Assembly: GCA_002785325.1 (NCBI GenBank)
Contig: PFMH01000047.1
Location: 1 to 47,675, forward strand
Direction of reading: 5' to 3'
DNA: 47,675 nucleotides
From: a bacterium (Candidatus Howlettbacteria) CG_4_10_14_0_8_um_filter_40_9
GTDB lineage: Bacteria > Patescibacteriota > CPR2 > UBA1875 > GCA-2785325
The translations under genes were made by a program, and so were the position numbers. The notes beneath the pieces are model-generated. The model was not told where the DNA came from. It made no database searches and worked only from the letters and a program-made list of their open reading frames with translations. This document shows, piece by piece, positions 43,249 through 47,675 of this stretch (within the stretch, counting starts at the first letter, position 1; every line of letters begins with the position of its first letter).

Positions 43249-43498
43249 TTTTTTCTCCTTTTTAATTTAATAATTGTGCTATTAATTATAATACATAAAT
43301 CATGGATATGACATATTCAAAAAGACAAAATTTTGCTAAGAGCTAAGGGTTGGATCCTTAGCAGGTTATCTCTCGAATTCTTTCATCAAAAGTAAAGACG
43401 CGATATATTATCCCGATTGAGATCCTCTGGTCGCTTCGAGATAGGAGAACATATCCTTTTCTCCTAGTAGGTTCACATGTCCTCGTTAAAATAAATGT

Positions 43499-44611
43499 TT
43501 ATCTTTCCCACACCTCTGCTTTTGACTCTGGAAATGCGCTGGGGCAGGAGCCGTCGCCGGTGGCCGTGGAGAGCTGGGTTTCTGATACTAGCTTTAGGAA
43601 TGCCCATTTATTTGTCCCCTGTCGGTCGAAGTAGCAAATGCTTTGGCCGACTTTTATAGTTTCTGGCAATGTTTTTGTATCCCAGTCCGAAAAAGATATC
43701 GTTTTGTTTGCATCTTGTATGATGCTGAGCTGCGGGATGCCAACATAACTGCTGACATTTAGATTTTTACCTTTCATATCAGTGCTGTCGCCCTGAAACC
43801 AGCCGCCGGCTATGGTCCCTGCTACATCCTTTGAGGGGGAGCCGCATCCTTCTGCTTTTGTAAATGGATATTTGCCTCCTCCGGTTCCGAGTAGTTTGTA
43901 ATGCTGGGCTTTTAAATCTGCTGGATAAAGGTCATAAGGACAAACGGCTGTATTGGCTTGGTCCCAGTCCCAGCGTTCGGGATTTATAAATTTTGGCGGA
44001 TTTACTTCATTTAGAACAAAAAGGTCCCAAGTTTTTGCTATCGGAGTACCGTCGGAGTAGCCGAGAAGCGTCCCTGCTTTTATTTCGACATTTGGATAAG
44101 TACCACCATTAGACTTTAGCTCTGGTTCTTTCGGTGCCATCTTTTGGATATCCTCTGTTACCCTATCGATATGGTCTAGCATAAATGTTACTTCACAGCT
44201 AACCCTAAACTGAAGGCCGTATTCACCAGGAGTGTTTTCTCCGCCCCTTCTGGCATAGACCAGCCTTTCTAGAGTAGCGTCAGCCGGCATATAGACAGGG
44301 ACTTCCTTTGTAATAGTATCATTTATCGTTATATAGCTTCTGCCAGGGGAACCGCCGGTAAGTGTCCCCAAAGGCCCAATCGAACTTATTTTCGTTAGAT
44401 CTGTAAAAGCGTGCGTAAATACTGGGTTTGGGTCGGATTTGCAGTCTTTTTGAGGTTTGGTCTCTGAAGTCTGAGAGATATTTGGCTGATTGTTCCCGCG
44501 CTCTCCTTTCGGGATCCTTTTCAAGACATTTCCGACAATAAAAAGAGTAGCCAAAAGGGATATGACTGTTAAAATTATTTTTTTGTAATGGGTTTTAAGA
44601 AATGTTTTCAT
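43499..44611 (-). CDS. Secreted or membrane-anchored hypothetical protein
   Basis: N-terminal signal/anchor helix (IILTVISLLATLFIVG). Several conserved-looking Cys. No family recognised. Confidence 0.6.
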   Translation of the reverse strand: MKTFLKTHYKKIILTVISLLATLFIVGNVLKRIPKGERGNNQPNISQTSETKPQKDCKSDPNPVFTHAFTDLTKISSIGPLGTLTGGSPGRSYITINDTITKEVPVYMPADATLERLVYARRGGENTPGEYGLQFRVSCEVTFMLDHIDRVTEDIQKMAPKEPELKSNGGTYPNVEIKAGTLLGYSDGTPIAKTWDLFVLNEVNPPKFINPERWDWDQANTAVCPYDLYPADLKAQHYKLLGTGGGKYPFTKAEGCGSPSKDVAGTIAGGWFQGDSTDMKGKNLNVSSYVGIPQLSIIQDANKTISFSDWDTKTLPETIKVGQSICYFDRQGTNKWAFLKLVSETQLSTATGDGSCPSAFPESKAEVWER

Positions 44612-44618
44612 TAGTTAT

Positions 44619-45167
44619 CTATAGTAAGTTTTTGCTGATTGGAACATCTTGGTCACTACCTTTTATTAATCTCTTAAGATATATAATACCTGACACGATA
44701 AAGATTGACAAAAAGTATGCTTGATCAACGAAGGAAGCAAAAAAACTTTTTATTAATACTCCAAATAAAAGATAAACTACGAGCAAGCCTAAAAGTAGCT
44801 TCTCTATCTTTTGATGTTTTTTATATTTTTCAACAAGATAAAAGGGAATGACTGTTGCCATGAGCCCCCAAGCGAGTATCTGGAGCAGTATTGCGAGTGG
44901 GTTTATGCCTAAAACAAGGGGTTGGGAAGCAAATAAGCTTTTTGTCACAGACCCTTCGATCAGAAGTCCTACAACGGCGCCTAGGATAAATAGATTTTTG
45001 TAGTTTAATCTAAATCTTTTCTTTGTAAAATATAAAAAAGAGATAAATATTAAATAAAAAAATATAAGTTCCGGTTTTTGAAAGATACTAAGCCCATGCG
45101 CTAGGTATTCACCATTTAAAAGAAGCGACAAGATGGCGATTAGAATTATTTGAAGTAACTTTTTCAT
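44619..45167 (-). CDS. Polytopic membrane protein of unknown function
   Basis: 182 aa with about 5 hydrophobic helices. 7 nt upstream of the secreted-protein gene. Confidence 0.6.
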   Translation of the reverse strand: MKKLLQIILIAILSLLLNGEYLAHGLSIFQKPELIFFYLIFISFLYFTKKRFRLNYKNLFILGAVVGLLIEGSVTKSLFASQPLVLGINPLAILLQILAWGLMATVIPFYLVEKYKKHQKIEKLLLGLLVVYLLFGVLIKSFFASFVDQAYFLSIFIVSGIIYLKRLIKGSDQDVPISKNLL

Positions 45168-45241
45168 TAATTAAATTATATCCAAAAAAGGTTAAGTCTG
45201 CCAATTTTGGGAAAACTATTACAATGCTTCACATAACAAAT

Positions 45242-45267
45242 AACTGCCGCCTAAAAAGGCGGCAGTT
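45242..45267 (-). terminator. Hairpin overlapping the PBP1A stop codon
   Basis: AACTGCCGCC-taaaaa-GGCGGCAGTT, a perfect 10-bp stem. On the - strand it is followed by ATTTGTTAT. Confidence 0.6.
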
Positions 45268-47497
45268 AGGTAGCTGTAGGCGGACTTCCTCCTGTAGCGG
45301 GAGGGATACCTGTTGTGGGAGGACTTCCCGTCACTGGTGGCGGACTTCCTGTCGGAGGAGGAGTAGGTTCTGGCACCGGCTTTACTTTCGGAGGAGCAAC
45401 TGGCGCAGGTGCCGGTGCCTGTGGAGTAGGAGCTGGAGTTGGTGTGGGAGCTTCTTCCTTTGGTGGAGGAGTAATTTTCTTTTCCTCTTTCGGTGCTTCC
45501 ATAACCGGTCCTTTTGGTTCCGTCCCGGATACATAATATTCTCTGGTAGCTCCCTTTACACTTGCACTGGCGAGTCTGCCGCTTCCCAATATCCATTTCT
45601 CAACTACATTGTTTGGTTTTTGGAATTCCTCTTTTGGCATATCCTTTAGCGCCGATTCCATATAGTCGTGCCAAACGTATCCGGCTCCCAGAGCGCCGGG
45701 AAGTTCTTTCATCGGGGTGTTGTCGTTGTTCCCTATCCAAACTCCTGTTACCAGATTTGGAGTGTACCCCATCGTCCACCCGTCGGTATAGTTGTTTGTT
45801 GTCCCAGTTTTTGCGGCCGCAGGTCTCGTGAGCTTCAGCGGGCTGTTTGGACCGAAGGTCTCAGCTCTAGCGCCGTTATCCGAGAGTATATCGGTTATTA
45901 TGAATGTATAGGCGGCATCTATGACTTTTTTTCCTCCCTCGGATTTTCTCTCCGTTATATCTTTTCCTCTTTTGTCATATACTCTTGATACCGACTTTGC
46001 GTTTTTATAAATGCCTTGATCCGCAAATGCTCCGTAAGCCCCTGTCATCTCTAGAAGGGTTACGTCTCCTCCTCCAAGCACAAGGCTCAGGCCGTATCTC
46101 CCGTTTTTATCCAGCGTTTCAACACCGGCATCGTTTGCAAAAGCTATCGTTTCATCAACCCCAACATATTGCAAAGCTTTGACTGCCGGTATATTTAACG
46201 AATTTGCCAATGATTTTCTCAAAGTGACATCGCCGTGAAACTTTCCGTCATAGTTTTTAGGAGTATAAGGCGGATTCCCAGGAAAAGTCACCGGAGCGTC
46301 TTTTATTTTTGTCGTTGTTGTCCAGCCTTTTTTGAGAGCCATAGCGTAGATGAAAGGTTTGAATGAAGACCCCGGTTGCTGTTCTGTTAAGGAAACATTC
46401 ACATTCCCCCATTTTTTATCGCTCCAGTCATTACTGCCTACCATCGCAAGTATCTCTCCGGTTTTTGGATCCATGGAAACCAAAGAACCGTTGGATGCGT
46501 TTTGATTTTTTAGTTTTGCCATATTTTTATTGAGAGATTCTTCAGCCATCTTTTGTTTCTGCATATCTAGGGTTGTGTACACCCGAAGTCCTCCCTTCTC
46601 CAACATATCTTCGCCATAAGCGCCTCTCAGTTGATCAAGTACGTACATTGTAAAATGGGGTGCTTTTAGCTCAGTTTTTTGACCGTATAACGCTAGCTTT
46701 TGGATTTGCGCTTCTTCCGACGCTTCTTTTGTAATAAACCCCTGATTTACCATGGACTCCAGTACGAACTTTTGTCTTTTTTTTGCTTCTTCAGGGTTTG
46801 TTATCGGTGAATAAGTGGAAGGAGACTTTGGCATCCCCGCAAGCATCGAAACTTCCGAAAGAGTGAGTTCTTTTGCTTCTTTATTGAAATAAACCTTCGA
46901 AGCGTCCTGTATTCCCCATGCGCCTTCGCCGTAATATATCTCGTTTAAGTACATTTTGAGTATTCCCTCTTTCTCATACTTCCTTTCTATCTCTAGAGCC
47001 AGCACTATCTCTTGGTATTTGCGCACGTAGCTTTTTTTTGGACTGAGAAGGGCGTTTTTTACCAGCTGTTGGGTGATGCTGGAACCGCCTTCTTTTATCT
47101 CGTTTGCCTGTATATTTACATATAGCGCTCTTGCCATTCCTTTGGTGCTTATCCCTTTGTGTTTGTAAAAATCCTTGTCTTCCGTAGCGATAACAGCTTC
47201 TTTCATATTGTCCGGAAACTGATCGGACTCGAGAAGTTTTCTGTATTTCGCTCCAAATGTTTCATATAAAATTGCCCCGTCTTTAGAGTAGATGACTGTT
47301 CCCGTGTTGTTCCTGTTTATGAGATAACTCGGATCAGATATGTCCTTGGCGAAGTAAACATAAGTTGCTCCTGCAGTCAAAAGAAAGACGAGAGAGGCCC
47401 CGAGAAAAAGCACGAAAGAGACCGTGAGCAGATATATGCCTTTTTTACTTTTTTTTATAAAACCTACCGAGAAGATATCCTTGTTGTAAAAGCTCAA
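45266..47497 (-). CDS. Class A penicillin-binding protein (PBP1A-type glycosyltransferase/transpeptidase) with Pro-rich C-terminal tail
   Basis: GT51 motifs EDKDFYKHKGIS and GGSSITQQLVKN. Transpeptidase motifs SSFKP and KTGTTN. TTG start, and the frame stays open upstream to 47638. Confidence 0.9.
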   Translation of the reverse strand: MSFYNKDIFSVGFIKKSKKGIYLLTVSFVLFLGASLVFLLTAGATYVYFAKDISDPSYLINRNNTGTVIYSKDGAILYETFGAKYRKLLESDQFPDNMKEAVIATEDKDFYKHKGISTKGMARALYVNIQANEIKEGGSSITQQLVKNALLSPKKSYVRKYQEIVLALEIERKYEKEGILKMYLNEIYYGEGAWGIQDASKVYFNKEAKELTLSEVSMLAGMPKSPSTYSPITNPEEAKKRQKFVLESMVNQGFITKEASEEAQIQKLALYGQKTELKAPHFTMYVLDQLRGAYGEDMLEKGGLRVYTTLDMQKQKMAEESLNKNMAKLKNQNASNGSLVSMDPKTGEILAMVGSNDWSDKKWGNVNVSLTEQQPGSSFKPFIYAMALKKGWTTTTKIKDAPVTFPGNPPYTPKNYDGKFHGDVTLRKSLANSLNIPAVKALQYVGVDETIAFANDAGVETLDKNGRYGLSLVLGGGDVTLLEMTGAYGAFADQGIYKNAKSVSRVYDKRGKDITERKSEGGKKVIDAAYTFIITDILSDNGARAETFGPNSPLKLTRPAAAKTGTTNNYTDGWTMGYTPNLVTGVWIGNNDNTPMKELPGALGAGYVWHDYMESALKDMPKEEFQKPNNVVEKWILGSGRLASASVKGATREYYVSGTEPKGPVMEAPKEEKKITPPPKEEAPTPTPAPTPQAPAPAPVAPPKVKPVPEPTPPPTGSPPPVTGSPPTTGIPPATGGSPPTAT

Positions 47498-47675
47498 AAC
47501 ATCCTCAGTTATGAGATTTTCTGCTGCGTTGTTATCTTTTATGGCCTCAATATCTTTTGAGAGAATTCTTTCCGTTCTTTTCCTCTTCGCTATTTTAGTT
47601 CTTTTTGACTTTAGGGGTTCGGTTTTTTCATATTTTTTCTTATTATTCTCGTACTCTGACGCCAGATTTCCAAAT

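Noticed and set aside
45219-45649. ORFs overlapping the 3' end of PBP1A (125 aa -, 141 aa +, 73 aa +)
   Set aside because: They lie in the GC-rich region encoding the Pro-rich tail of PBP1A. Their composition (G/S/R-rich) is a frame artefact.

Overview
AT-rich window from a small-genome bacterium. The gene content points to the Candidate Phyla Radiation / Patescibacteria: no L30, a stripped-down dcw cluster, lysine/glutamate-rich tails on many ribosomal proteins, and an orphan VirD4/TraD-like ATPase. That taxonomic call is an inference. Layout, left to right. (1) 1-18.2 kb, + strand: tuf 3' end, rpsJ, then the S10-spc-alpha ribosomal cluster (rplC through rplQ, rplM, rpsI, including secY, infA, rpmJ, rpoA). 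(2) 18.2-24.2 kb: small housekeeping and accessory genes (nucleotidyltransferase, DUF3467, RCK-domain channel-like protein, RluA-type pseudouridine synthase, holB, PSP1/RicT, TPR protein), separated by dispersed repeats. (3) 24.3-28.6 kb: a tRNA cluster followed by rpmG, secE, nusG, rplK, rplA. (4) 28.9-37.0 kb: a reduced dcw cluster (mraZ, rsmH, ftsL, ftsI, mraY, ftsW, murG, ftsQ). (5) 37.3-47.5 kb, - strand: VirD4/TraD-like ATPase, a sigma-region-4/HARE-HTH protein, an overlapping two-gene cassette of unknown function, a cupin, a secreted protein, a membrane protein and a class A PBP. Four observations stand out. (a) An intact tRNA-Trp gene sits exactly inside the anticodon loop of a second tRNA-Trp-like gene. 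(b) A family of 80-185 bp AT-rich self-complementary spacers separates most ribosomal protein genes that are normally tightly packed. (c) A GC-rich ~170-nt structured segment lies where tRNA-Gly usually sits. (d) There are dispersed and nested repeat families, one of them a 143-bp unit upstream of two promoters. All calls come from reading the sequence and the ORF translations; no database search or folding computation was run.
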